Positions 28,406 through 36,971 of a stretch of DNA of 64,000 nucleotides are shown here, in pieces. The stretch lies in the IMG/VR virus record IMGVR_UViG_3300020049_016424, positions 96,001 through 160,000 of that record. One strand, written 5' to 3'. The notes beneath the pieces were generated by a model. It searched no databases, had not been told where the DNA came from, and worked only from the letters and a program-made list of their open reading frames with translations. A program made the position numbers and the translations under genes. Source of the DNA: a virus. Taxonomy: Duplodnaviria > Caudoviricetes. Positions within the stretch are counted from its first letter, which is position 1; every line of letters starts with the position of its first letter.

Positions 28406-28912
28406 ATGGACGACTCGACGAAAGAGATGCTTGGCGGCGGTGCCCTTGTCGCAGGGGGTGCCGGCCTAGGCCCTGCGTGGCGCATGCTCAAGGAGCCCGC
28501 GGTAGCTACAGCCCAGGCGGGCGCGGAAGTTGCGCAGAACGCCCACATGCACGCAGCGAACGCGCATGAGGTAGCGTACCGGCAATTTTCCGACGCTGCA
28601 CAGCGCCACCGACAAGGCCTTCCTCCGCTCCCAGGTGCGCCTGGAACCCCTGCAGCTGCAGAAGATTTGGTCCAGGCTGCGCGAGATCGCTATTACCGCG
28701 CAAGTGATTTCGCGGGGTACCGGGCGCGGGATGCAACCGCTGCTAGAGAAGCAGCCGAGAACGCTGCGCGGCGATTCCATACCGGCAGGGGCGCGCTGTA
28801 CGCCCTCGGAGGCACCGCAGCCCTTGGCGGTACCGCCCTCTTGGGCAAGGGCGTTTATGACGCCTACAACGAAGGCAAGACCGCTGCCCTGCGAACCTTC
28901 AGGGTCCGCTGA
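28406..28912 (+). CDS. Small putative virion protein with glycine-rich hydrophobic ends
   Basis: GGGAG SD; C-terminal GKTAALRTF. Confidence 0.65.
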   Translation: MDDSTKEMLGGGALVAGGAGLGPAWRMLKEPAVATAQAGAEVAQNAHMHAANAHEVAYRQFSDAAQRHRQGLPPLPGAPGTPAAAEDLVQAARDRYYRASDFAGYRARDATAAREAAENAARRFHTGRGALYALGGTAALGGTALLGKGVYDAYNEGKTAALRTFRVR

Positions 28913-28931
28913 AGGCCCTCGACGCCCCCTG

Positions 28932-28961
28932 TTGACTCGCCACCCCCTTCCGAGGCATTAT
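28932..28961 (+). promoter_or_regulatory. sigma70-like promoter TTGACT-N18-CATTAT
   Basis: Intergenic, upstream of the head module. Confidence 0.45.
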
Positions 28962-29034
28962 TTCCGTGTCTCGCCTGTCCACCGCCACGTGTGCGGTGCA
29001 ACTGCCCCAAGATCACATCGTGGAGGAAATGCTC

Positions 29035-30219
29035 ATGACTCAGTCGCCGCTCTACAAGCGCGCATTCGTCCGAGGCCTCAACGCCCACCTCATGCAGGTC
29101 GGCGAGGTCGCGTACACGTCGAAGGAAGCGGCGGACTACGCGGCGGACTTCGTCGCGGACAACACCGGCATGCCGGACCCGTACTTCGAGGGAGACAAGG
29201 TCTCGCTCAAGGTCGCGTCCGACCTCTGCATCAGCCTGAGCCGCGCTGCGGACGCCCTGAACGCCCAGACGGGCGGGGCCTCGGCGGAGCTCAGCAAGCA
29301 GGCCGCGGCCATCGACCCCGTCGCGCAGGCGACCGTCGACGCGTCGAACATCATGCACAAGATCGCGTACGAGACCGAAGGTCCGAACTCGGTCGAAGCT
29401 GCGGCTGCGCACAGCTCGCAGGCGGCGCTCGACGCGCACAACCGCCCGGCCGGCTACGCCAACACCGGTGTCGGCAACTACATCGACAAGGGCCGCGGCC
29501 AGGTCGGTGTCGAAGAGCAGGTCCAGCACGGCGCGCCCACCGAGGGCGGAAGCAACTCGCCGATCGAGAACACCTCGAAGATGGGCGGCGTTCTCAAGGC
29601 AGCGGCTGCTGGCGGACGCACGGGCACCGCGCCGAACACCGTCGCGAACGCGGCGGCGCACAGCGACCAGGCTGCGCTCGACAACAAGAACCGCCCCGCG
29701 GGCTACGCCAACACCGGCGTCGGCAAGACCAGCCTGACCGCGTCGGGCTCGGCCGTCCTCGGCGCCGAGACTTCGGTGAAGCCGAAGGACAAGCCGATGA
29801 CCGGCAGCAACAGCGTCAGCGCCCCGAAGACTGCGGCCGAGCGCCACCTCGAGCGTACTGCAGCGCTCCTGATCCAGTTCCTGCCGACCGCGCTCACGGA
29901 CGTGCAGAAAGTCGCGCACATCCGTGCGTGCGCCGCGCTCACCCCTGCGCAGCAAGTCAACTACCTCACGAAGGTCGCCAGCGTCAGCGGCATCGACCAG
30001 GCCACCGTCGCCCAGATCCCGGACGCGTTCTTCTCGGCTGTGAAGACGGCGAGCGAGGGCGAGGACGACTACGAGGTCGCGCAGGCGCTCGAGGCAGCTG
30101 CGGCCGAGCTCGGCAATCGCGCGGAGCACAAGGAAGACGCCGCCGTGCGCAAGCTCACCGAAGAGAAGACTGCCGCGGCCCTCGCGCAGCTCAGCGCCGC
30201 GACTGCTCGCGTCGCCTGA
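29035..30219 (+). CDS. Putative head scaffold/inner-head protein with internal duplication
   Basis: GGAGG SD; two copies of AAAHS.QAALD..NRPAGYANTGVG; many K-x-A motifs. Confidence 0.75.
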   Translation: MTQSPLYKRAFVRGLNAHLMQVGEVAYTSKEAADYAADFVADNTGMPDPYFEGDKVSLKVASDLCISLSRAADALNAQTGGASAELSKQAAAIDPVAQATVDASNIMHKIAYETEGPNSVEAAAAHSSQAALDAHNRPAGYANTGVGNYIDKGRGQVGVEEQVQHGAPTEGGSNSPIENTSKMGGVLKAAAAGGRTGTAPNTVANAAAHSDQAALDNKNRPAGYANTGVGKTSLTASGSAVLGAETSVKPKDKPMTGSNSVSAPKTAAERHLERTAALLIQFLPTALTDVQKVAHIRACAALTPAQQVNYLTKVASVSGIDQATVAQIPDAFFSAVKTASEGEDDYEVAQALEAAAAELGNRAEHKEDAAVRKLTEEKTAAALAQLSAATARVA

Positions 30220-30239
30220 AGTCGCTTCTCGTCTCTGGA

Positions 30240-30279
30240 AGCCTGCTCGCAGATCTTGCGAGCGGGCTTTTCCTTTTTC
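30240..30279 (+). terminator. Intrinsic terminator
   Basis: GCCTGCTCGCA-loop-TGCGAGCGGGC followed by TTTTCCTTTTT. Confidence 0.8.
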
Positions 30280-30327
30280 GGGTAGCATGCTCATGGCACG
30301 CCGCCCTTTTGCCCACGAGATTCCCGC

Positions 30328-33300
30328 ATGACGAAGATCGCTGCCCTTGGCCCGGCCATCGATGCCCTCGAGCAGACGCCGACGAATGCATCGAAGGCTC
30401 AGTTCTTCGAACAGCACGTGACCGACCAGGCCTACCAGGCGTTCGACGCCCGGCATCCCGACCTGACCGAGTCCATCGTCACGTTCAAGATGGTGACGAG
30501 TGATCCCGACGCGGGCACGGCCGTCGGCGCCTTCATCCTCGATCTCGCTGGCGAAGCTGCTTACGTCCCCGTGACGTTCCATGCCGACGAGGTCTCGCCC
30601 CTCGACATCCTCTTCGTCGTGAACAAGGGCACCTTCGTGCCCTTCACGCAGGAGTGGGTCGAGGAGGTGCTGCGCAACAGCAGCCAGGGCCTCGGCGAAG
30701 CCCAGAAGCTGCCGCCGACGGTCGCGACCGACATGGACATCCGCAATCTCGTCGTCCCGCCGACGACGGGTCGCTACTCCTACGCGAGCGCCGTCGAGCG
30801 CGGCACCCCCGAGCAGAAGGTGCTCTGGAAGATCGCGGCAGACTCGACGCACCCGCTCGGTGTGTCGATGTGCAAGCGCGCAGAGGAAGCCTTCGACCCG
30901 GGCATGTGGGAAGGCTTCGTCGCGCAGTTCTCGCAGCTCAACGGCATGACGCCGGGCGTCGCGCTCGATCAGGGCCAGATGGACATGAACATCATGTCCA
31001 AGATGTACAAGAGCTACGTCAAGACCTGGATGATGCCGCAGGAAGCTGCGGCGGCTGGCGTAGGCGGGATGGCTCCGGGCGGGCAGCCTGGCGCGCAACC
31101 GGGCATGGCGCCGGGTGCTGCGCCGCAGCAGCCCCCTGCCCCCGGTCCGAACATGCAGCAGCCGGGAGCTGCAGCCCCCGCACCGATGGCGCCGGGCGCC
31201 GCGCAGGCTGCTCCGGGACAGATGCCCGCGGCTGATCCGATGAAGATGGGCTCTGCCGCGTCACAGGGGCTGTTCGCGCGGCTCGGCGGCAAGGCCGACG
31301 ACCTCGCAGGCGTCGTTGCAGAGAACGCTGCTCTCGGCGGCCTCGGCGGCGCGCTCACCAGCGTCTACGACGACGACTACTCGGACATGGGCAGCCGCGC
31401 ACTCAAGGGCTCGCTCGGCGGAACGCTCGGCGGCACCCTCGGGCGCGCGCTCGGCGGCCGCATGAACACGCGCTACCCGCAGCTCGAAGGCCTCGGTGAT
31501 GAGATCGGGCAGCTCGCGGGGCTCGGCATCGGATCTATCTCCGCGGCACGCCCCGGCAGCATCTCGAACGCGCTGCGTCCGAACAGCGCACCACAGCAAG
31601 ACCCCTACGGGGGCATGTACCGCTACGCGGCTTTCGAAGACCCGAAGCCGATGTTCAAGCACGCGTTCGCCGAGCCGCACGAGCGCCCGCTTCGCCTGCT
31701 CGACTACCTCGAGCGCGCGCCGAACAACGTGAAGACCGCGTTCGCGACCGTGCTGAAGAAGCACGTGCCGCTGCTCAAGCTCGCCGCTCAGATCTATGGC
31801 GACAAGGAGCTCGTCGCCGCGCTCAAGCCGCGCGCGAAGGTTGCGGGGCAGACCCCCGAAGGGGGCCTGAAGATCGTCCGCTCGACCGACGGCGTCCAGG
31901 CCTTCGGGCCTCGTGCTGGCGCGGCGTTCCGCGGCGTCGCGATGCGCGGGTACTACTACGAGGACGACGGCAAGCGCCCTGCGCGCAACCAAGCCGTCAT
32001 CAAGCAGGAGTACCATGACGCGCACGATGCGCGCGAACCGGGCGTGTACCTGCTCTGGGCGTTCGACGGCAAGCGCGTGCCCGCGCTCATCGTGCAGGAT
32101 CCGCTCGACCTCGAGAACAGCGAGCGGCAGTACTCGCCGAAGAACACCTCGCAGGTGAAGCCGGTCATCACGAAGACGCCCGGCACCTTCGCGACGCACC
32201 CCGAGCCCGATTCGAAGGGCAATCTCAACTGCCCGGAGCCGGATGTGGAGCGCTCCCACAAGTCCGAGCGCCTCGTGCTGCTCGGCGACGGGCGCAACTT
32301 CACCGTAGACCAGATCGTCGGCGAACAGATGACTGAGAAGCTGCTCGAGGGCACGCCGCTGTACGGGCGCGTCTGGGGCAACAAGACCGCGAAGGTCGCC
32401 TCAGGGTATGGCGCCTTCATCTGGCAGACGGGCTCGCACTACTACGCCACCAAGCCGGTGACGCTCGCAGAGATCGCGACGTCCGCAGACGGCGTCATCA
32501 CGGGCAAGTTCCGGCACGGCAAGCGTTTCCGCATCGACCCGCGCTCGCCGATGAAGCGGCCCGTGCGCCCGCGCGACTCCGGCTACGTCCTGATCCCTGC
32601 ATCCTGGCGCTGGGTCCCGCTCAAGGATATGCCCTACGAGTCCCGCAACGACTTCATCACGACCCCGTCGCAGGTCATCGACCTCGGCATGAACGCGATG
32701 GGCGCGATGGGCGCGCGCAAGGTGCGCGTAGACAACGCGGGTGCCCGCACGTTCTCGGTGCGCAGCGCGCTGTCCGAGGACAAGGGTCCGCTCGAGAAGA
32801 GCGCCGCCATCAAGTACCTCGCTGATCTCGAGAGCATTTCGGGCGCGGACGCTGAAGCCTGCGTGAAGCTCGCCGAGCTCGAGCGGAGTGTCACGGCGCA
32901 CATCATCCCGAAGCCGCTGCTCTCGAAGTTCGCGGCGCTCGTGAAGCGTGCAGACCCCGCGATGGACCAGGCGCTCGGAGAGACTCTCGGAGGCCTCGAG
33001 CAGCAGGTCGCGCAGCTCCAAAGCCAGCTGCAGGTCCTGCAGACGGTGCAACAGCGCGCGCAAGAAATCGCATCGGGCGGCGGCATGGCCCCGACCGACA
33101 TGCAGCAGACCGACCCCGCCATGCCGGCAGCGGGCGGCACGCCTGCTCCTGCGGCCCCCGCGACGCCGGCCCCCGGAGCGCCCATGGACCCGAACGCGGC
33201 AGCCGGAGCTCCTCCCGCGGCGCCCGCACCTGCGCCCATGGACCCTGCCGCGGCCCAAGCCCCTGCAGACCCGAATGCCCCGCCCGCAGACCCGAACGCG

Positions 33301-33783
33301 GCACCTGCAGACCCGAATGCTGCGCCCATGGATCCTGCGATGCAGGACCCCAACGCGCAGGGCATGCCGCCCCAGCAGCCCCCGCTGCCGATGATGCCCG
33401 AGGAGGGCCCGTCGTCCGACGAGATCGCTCTGCAGATGAACCCCGAGTTTCTCGGGCAAGCGGCCTCGATGAAGGATCAGGGCGTGTTCGACATGTCGGC
33501 CATCACAGATCTTGAGGGCGCAGCGCAGCGCGCGGGCAACAGTCCGTCGCCGCTCGGCGACCACAAAGACAATCTGGTGGCGACAATCGACGATCTTGGT
33601 CGTACACTCTTGCTATTGCAGATTCGTGCGCCCGAACTCGAGGCGCAGCTGGGCTCCGAGGGGTTCAAGACTCTCGAAGAACAGGCACGGAACACCTTCC
33701 TCGGGCTGGGTCAGTTGCAGTCCGAGCTGAAACAAAACAGCACGGCTCTGGTCAATGCACAAGGAACAAACAGCGCTGCGTAA
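30328..33783 (+). CDS. Large putative inner-head protein (1151 aa) with P/A/Q/M low-complexity linkers
   Basis: Head-module location; many K-x-A; glycine-zipper segment; DPNAAP repeats. Confidence 0.75.
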   Translation: MTKIAALGPAIDALEQTPTNASKAQFFEQHVTDQAYQAFDARHPDLTESIVTFKMVTSDPDAGTAVGAFILDLAGEAAYVPVTFHADEVSPLDILFVVNKGTFVPFTQEWVEEVLRNSSQGLGEAQKLPPTVATDMDIRNLVVPPTTGRYSYASAVERGTPEQKVLWKIAADSTHPLGVSMCKRAEEAFDPGMWEGFVAQFSQLNGMTPGVALDQGQMDMNIMSKMYKSYVKTWMMPQEAAAAGVGGMAPGGQPGAQPGMAPGAAPQQPPAPGPNMQQPGAAAPAPMAPGAAQAAPGQMPAADPMKMGSAASQGLFARLGGKADDLAGVVAENAALGGLGGALTSVYDDDYSDMGSRALKGSLGGTLGGTLGRALGGRMNTRYPQLEGLGDEIGQLAGLGIGSISAARPGSISNALRPNSAPQQDPYGGMYRYAAFEDPKPMFKHAFAEPHERPLRLLDYLERAPNNVKTAFATVLKKHVPLLKLAAQIYGDKELVAALKPRAKVAGQTPEGGLKIVRSTDGVQAFGPRAGAAFRGVAMRGYYYEDDGKRPARNQAVIKQEYHDAHDAREPGVYLLWAFDGKRVPALIVQDPLDLENSERQYSPKNTSQVKPVITKTPGTFATHPEPDSKGNLNCPEPDVERSHKSERLVLLGDGRNFTVDQIVGEQMTEKLLEGTPLYGRVWGNKTAKVASGYGAFIWQTGSHYYATKPVTLAEIATSADGVITGKFRHGKRFRIDPRSPMKRPVRPRDSGYVLIPASWRWVPLKDMPYESRNDFITTPSQVIDLGMNAMGAMGARKVRVDNAGARTFSVRSALSEDKGPLEKSAAIKYLADLESISGADAEACVKLAELERSVTAHIIPKPLLSKFAALVKRADPAMDQALGETLGGLEQQVAQLQSQLQVLQTVQQRAQEIASGGGMAPTDMQQTDPAMPAAGGTPAPAAPATPAPGAPMDPNAAAGAPPAAPAPAPMDPAAAQAPADPNAPPADPNAAPADPNAAPMDPAMQDPNAQGMPPQQPPLPMMPEEGPSSDEIALQMNPEFLGQAASMKDQGVFDMSAITDLEGAAQRAGNSPSPLGDHKDNLVATIDDLGRTLLLLQIRAPELEAQLGSEGFKTLEEQARNTFLGLGQLQSELKQNSTALVNAQGTNSAA

Positions 33784-34483
33784 CACCCCGAACCACCGTC
33801 AATGCGCGGTGGTAGGGGATCTGCGCGAGTTGGAGACGCCCGAAGAGCGTGCGCTCGACTACCTTCTGAGCGGCATCCTGGACGGCGAAGTCTCGCAAGA
33901 GACGCTGAGCGCCGTTACTCAGGCGTGGCAGTCCTATCAGGACGTGCGGGTCCGGGCGCTCTTCAACGCGTGCTTGCTCGGCGGCGCTACCCCCGAACAG
34001 CTCGAAGAGGTGTTCCACGTCTCCGTCGAGGAGACCGCGGCGTACACACACCTGTTCTTCGACGTGTCCGTGTTCCAGAACAGCTTCCACGTGTTCGGAT
34101 ACATCGCGGGACTCGCGGAAGAGTCTGAGCGGGCGTTGCTCCAAGAAGGCTACACCAAGGGCTTTCGGGCGCTGCAGTTCCGCTACGCTCCAGCTCCCGA
34201 GGCGCTCTCCCCCGAGACGGTTCTCGGCCAGGTCTTCGAGGCAAACGCGCGCGAGTACATCCGGCAGCAGGCCATCGTCCCTCCGACGAGCAAGGCGGCG
34301 GCAGGGCTGCGCGCGCTCAACAAGCAGGTGCTGGCCGAGGCGCAGGCGCTCGACAAGCTGGGCGCAGGCGCGAAGGCTGCGGCGGCGGCCGAGAAGAACA
34401 ACCTCGAGTTCATCATCCAGACCGGGCCGTCCAACCCGACGCTCGAAGACCTTCTCCGGCACGGCGCCGAGCTCGCGCACTGA
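33755..34483 (+). CDS. Hypothetical protein, head module
   Basis: 242 aa ORF in operon. Confidence 0.7.
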   Translation: MHKEQTALRNTPNHRQCAVVGDLRELETPEERALDYLLSGILDGEVSQETLSAVTQAWQSYQDVRVRALFNACLLGGATPEQLEEVFHVSVEETAAYTHLFFDVSVFQNSFHVFGYIAGLAEESERALLQEGYTKGFRALQFRYAPAPEALSPETVLGQVFEANAREYIRQQAIVPPTSKAAAGLRALNKQVLAEAQALDKLGAGAKAAAAAEKNNLEFIIQTGPSNPTLEDLLRHGAELAH

Positions 34484-34578
34484 CCTAGCCGCCGAGCGAG
34501 AGGCTTCGAAGCCACGAACCTCTTCCAGAGGTGTTGCAGGGACGTGTGCCTTTCTGCGATTTCTGATACCTTCCGTGC

Positions 34579-35364
34579 ATGCCTGTGCTCACAGATCGGG
34601 ACTTTGCGTCCTACGCAGAAAAGGTCGCTCGCGAGCTTGTCGAGCAGAAGACGCCCCTCAAGACCTCCGTGATGAAGATCGCGCAGGAAGAGGACCTGAA
34701 CGCAGAGCAGCTCGCGCGTCTGTGCGAAGCCGCGAACAACGCAGCATTCAGCGCGCACTTCACCGACAAGGGCAAGCAAGGCAGCGACGACCGTCTCGTC
34801 GACTTCGACGTGGTCAGCGCCAAGGAGCTCCTTCAGGGAGAGATGGCGGCGAGCAAGACCGCGAGTGCGCCGCCTATCGTCTCGGACTGGGACGCAGCCT
34901 GGGAGTCGCGTTCACTCGTCACGCCCGAGGTCTTCACCGAGAAGACGGCGTCTCTCGAAGAGCTCGCGGCTGAGGCACAGCGCCCCGGACGCGAGAAGCG
35001 CGCAGCCGAGCGTCGCGAACGCACGTCGTACAAGCTCGCTTCCGAGCTGCGTATCCGCGTCGAAGAGCACAAGCTCGCGCTCACGGGGCATGTCGAAAAG
35101 CTCGCGCACGAGTTCCGCCGGCTCTACGGAACGCCGTACGAGGCCTTCGAAAAGGAAGCCCTCGATGCGTACGGCGTGCAAGCACACGCGCCGCTCAACA
35201 CCCTCCGTGCAGCCCTGCGCAAGCCGGAGTTCGATTTCTACCCGGTGAAGACCGCGTCCTACCCGGACACGAGCACGATGCCGCACCGCACGTTCCAGGC
35301 GTTGCTGACCGAGCTCGACAGCGCGCGGACCACCATGACCCGTCTCGCAGCACTCAAGGAGTGA
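34579..35364 (+). CDS. Putative inner-head protein
   Basis: TGaTACCTT 6 nt before ATG; about 10 K-x-A motifs. Confidence 0.75.
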   Translation: MPVLTDRDFASYAEKVARELVEQKTPLKTSVMKIAQEEDLNAEQLARLCEAANNAAFSAHFTDKGKQGSDDRLVDFDVVSAKELLQGEMAASKTASAPPIVSDWDAAWESRSLVTPEVFTEKTASLEELAAEAQRPGREKRAAERRERTSYKLASELRIRVEEHKLALTGHVEKLAHEFRRLYGTPYEAFEKEALDAYGVQAHAPLNTLRAALRKPEFDFYPVKTASYPDTSTMPHRTFQALLTELDSARTTMTRLAALKE

Positions 35365-35367
35365 TCG

Positions 35368-36228
35368 ATGCCGCTGCTTCCTGGATCGGACAACAAGATC
35401 GTCGGCAAGAACATCGCAGAGCTGCGCTCCGCGGGGCACAAGCCGAAGCAAGCGATCGCCATCGCACTGCGTGAAGCAGGACGCGCGAAGAGCGCCGAGG
35501 ACGTCGTCAGCGACATCGCGCAGGACGCCACCAAGCGTGCGGCGTTCGTCGCGCTGACTCGCGCGCTCACCGGCGAGGAGAAGACGGCGTTCTTCGGGCA
35601 GGCTCTCGGGGGCGCGCTCGCAGGCGGGCTCGGCGGCGCGGGCCTCGGAGCTCTCGGCGCGAAGATGCGCGGCGAAGACGTCGGCCAGGCTGCGCTCAAG
35701 GGCGGCCTCGGCGGCGCGGCGCTCGGCGGCGGGCTCGGCGCGGTTCGCGGCATGGGCGGCCTCCAAGGCGCCGCCTCCGGCATGATGCAGGGTGAGGGGC
35801 ACCTGAAGAACGTGCTGCCGGCTCTCGGCGGCGGCGCCCTCATCGGCGCAGGCCAGGAAGCTGCAGGCGCCCTCCGCGGCGCTCTCTTCGGGTCGACGGC
35901 CGCGCAGGAGACGAAGGAGAAGGAGCTCGGCAAGATCGAGGCGCAGCAGGCGTTCAAGGCGCAGCAGCGCGAGCTGCTCGCTCCGAAGCATCAGCAGGCC
36001 TTCCAGATGGCGATGCAGGACGAGATCGTCTCGCAGGCGCCGCAAGAGATCATCCACTCGAGCTTCGACACCATGCGGCAGTTCGCGCCCAACGTGGCCG
36101 CGGACCCGAACGCGGTGCGCAGCTTCCTGCGTGAATCGGCGACCTACGGGCAGGGCCCGAGCTACGCCACCCTCAAGAACCTCGCGGACGCCGAGTCCGC
36201 TGTGACGCGCGCCGGCGGGGCGCTGTGA
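35368..36228 (+). CDS. Putative inner-head protein with glycine zipper
   Basis: N-terminal G...KQAIAIAL module seen in phage head proteins; EEKTAF; GxxxG repeats. Confidence 0.75.
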   Translation: MPLLPGSDNKIVGKNIAELRSAGHKPKQAIAIALREAGRAKSAEDVVSDIAQDATKRAAFVALTRALTGEEKTAFFGQALGGALAGGLGGAGLGALGAKMRGEDVGQAALKGGLGGAALGGGLGAVRGMGGLQGAASGMMQGEGHLKNVLPALGGGALIGAGQEAAGALRGALFGSTAAQETKEKELGKIEAQQAFKAQQRELLAPKHQQAFQMAMQDEIVSQAPQEIIHSSFDTMRQFAPNVAADPNAVRSFLRESATYGQGPSYATLKNLADAESAVTRAGGAL

Positions 36229-36956
36229 AGGAGTCCTCGATGCTGACCGACGCGCAGCTACTGTCGTCCCCGGTGGTTTCCGGGGTCCTCTCTCATCAGA
36301 CGGCCGGGCTGCACAAGTCGGCGGCCACGCTGCTCGGGGTGCCCCAGGAGGCCGAGCTCGCCGACTTCGTGCGAGCGCTCGGTACGAAGCTCGCGTATCA
36401 GACCCTCATCCAGGGTGCGATCCGCGACGGCATCGACACCTACGCCAGCCTGAAGGGGGTCGCCAGCCCGGGCGCCCTCCCTTTCGCCCGCGCGGGGTCT
36501 AAGACCGCCAGCACCGTCGTGAGTGGGAACGCAGCAGCTCGAGCTGCGCGCCGCGCCGCTGCAGCGCATGCTCCCGCCGAAGCGCTCGCCGCGGCGGCTT
36601 CGCACGTCCCTCCGTCCGCGGTCCAGCCTTCGCACATGCGGCTGCGCACGGACGGCAACATGCAGTTCGTGGCGCCGCATCAGGCCGAGCAGTACCTCTC
36701 GAAGGACCCCTCGCGCATCATCGCCCTGCCGAAGAGCGGCCCTGCGCTGCCTGTGCCTCCGAAGCCTCCCGAGACGGACATCTGGGATCAGACGGGCCCG
36801 GTTCGGCGCAAGCTGCGACGCACCGAGGAACTCGATCTCGGACAGCTCCGAGCGCACCTCCAGTCCCAAGGCTACAACCCCGAGGCGCTCGGGTTCGCGC
36901 CGGTCTCTCCCAAGCTCGCTGCCATGCGCGATGCTCTGCGCGCAGCGCTCCTCTGA
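36225..36956 (+). CDS. Putative inner-head protein
   Basis: KSAA, KLAY, KTAS, KLAA; GTGA overlap with upstream gene. Confidence 0.7.
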   Translation: MKESSMLTDAQLLSSPVVSGVLSHQTAGLHKSAATLLGVPQEAELADFVRALGTKLAYQTLIQGAIRDGIDTYASLKGVASPGALPFARAGSKTASTVVSGNAAARAARRAAAAHAPAEALAAAASHVPPSAVQPSHMRLRTDGNMQFVAPHQAEQYLSKDPSRIIALPKSGPALPVPPKPPETDIWDQTGPVRRKLRRTEELDLGQLRAHLQSQGYNPEALGFAPVSPKLAAMRDALRAALL

Positions 36957-36971
36957 GAAAGAAGCTCTTCC

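Noticed and set aside
33100-33400. DPNAAP/PAAP DNA repeats as a non-coding repeat array
   Set aside because: In-frame low-complexity linker of the 1151-aa protein.
34484-34560. Cluster of short hairpins as tRNA/ncRNA
   Set aside because: No cloverleaf, TTCRA loop in proper context, or CCA; stems are short.
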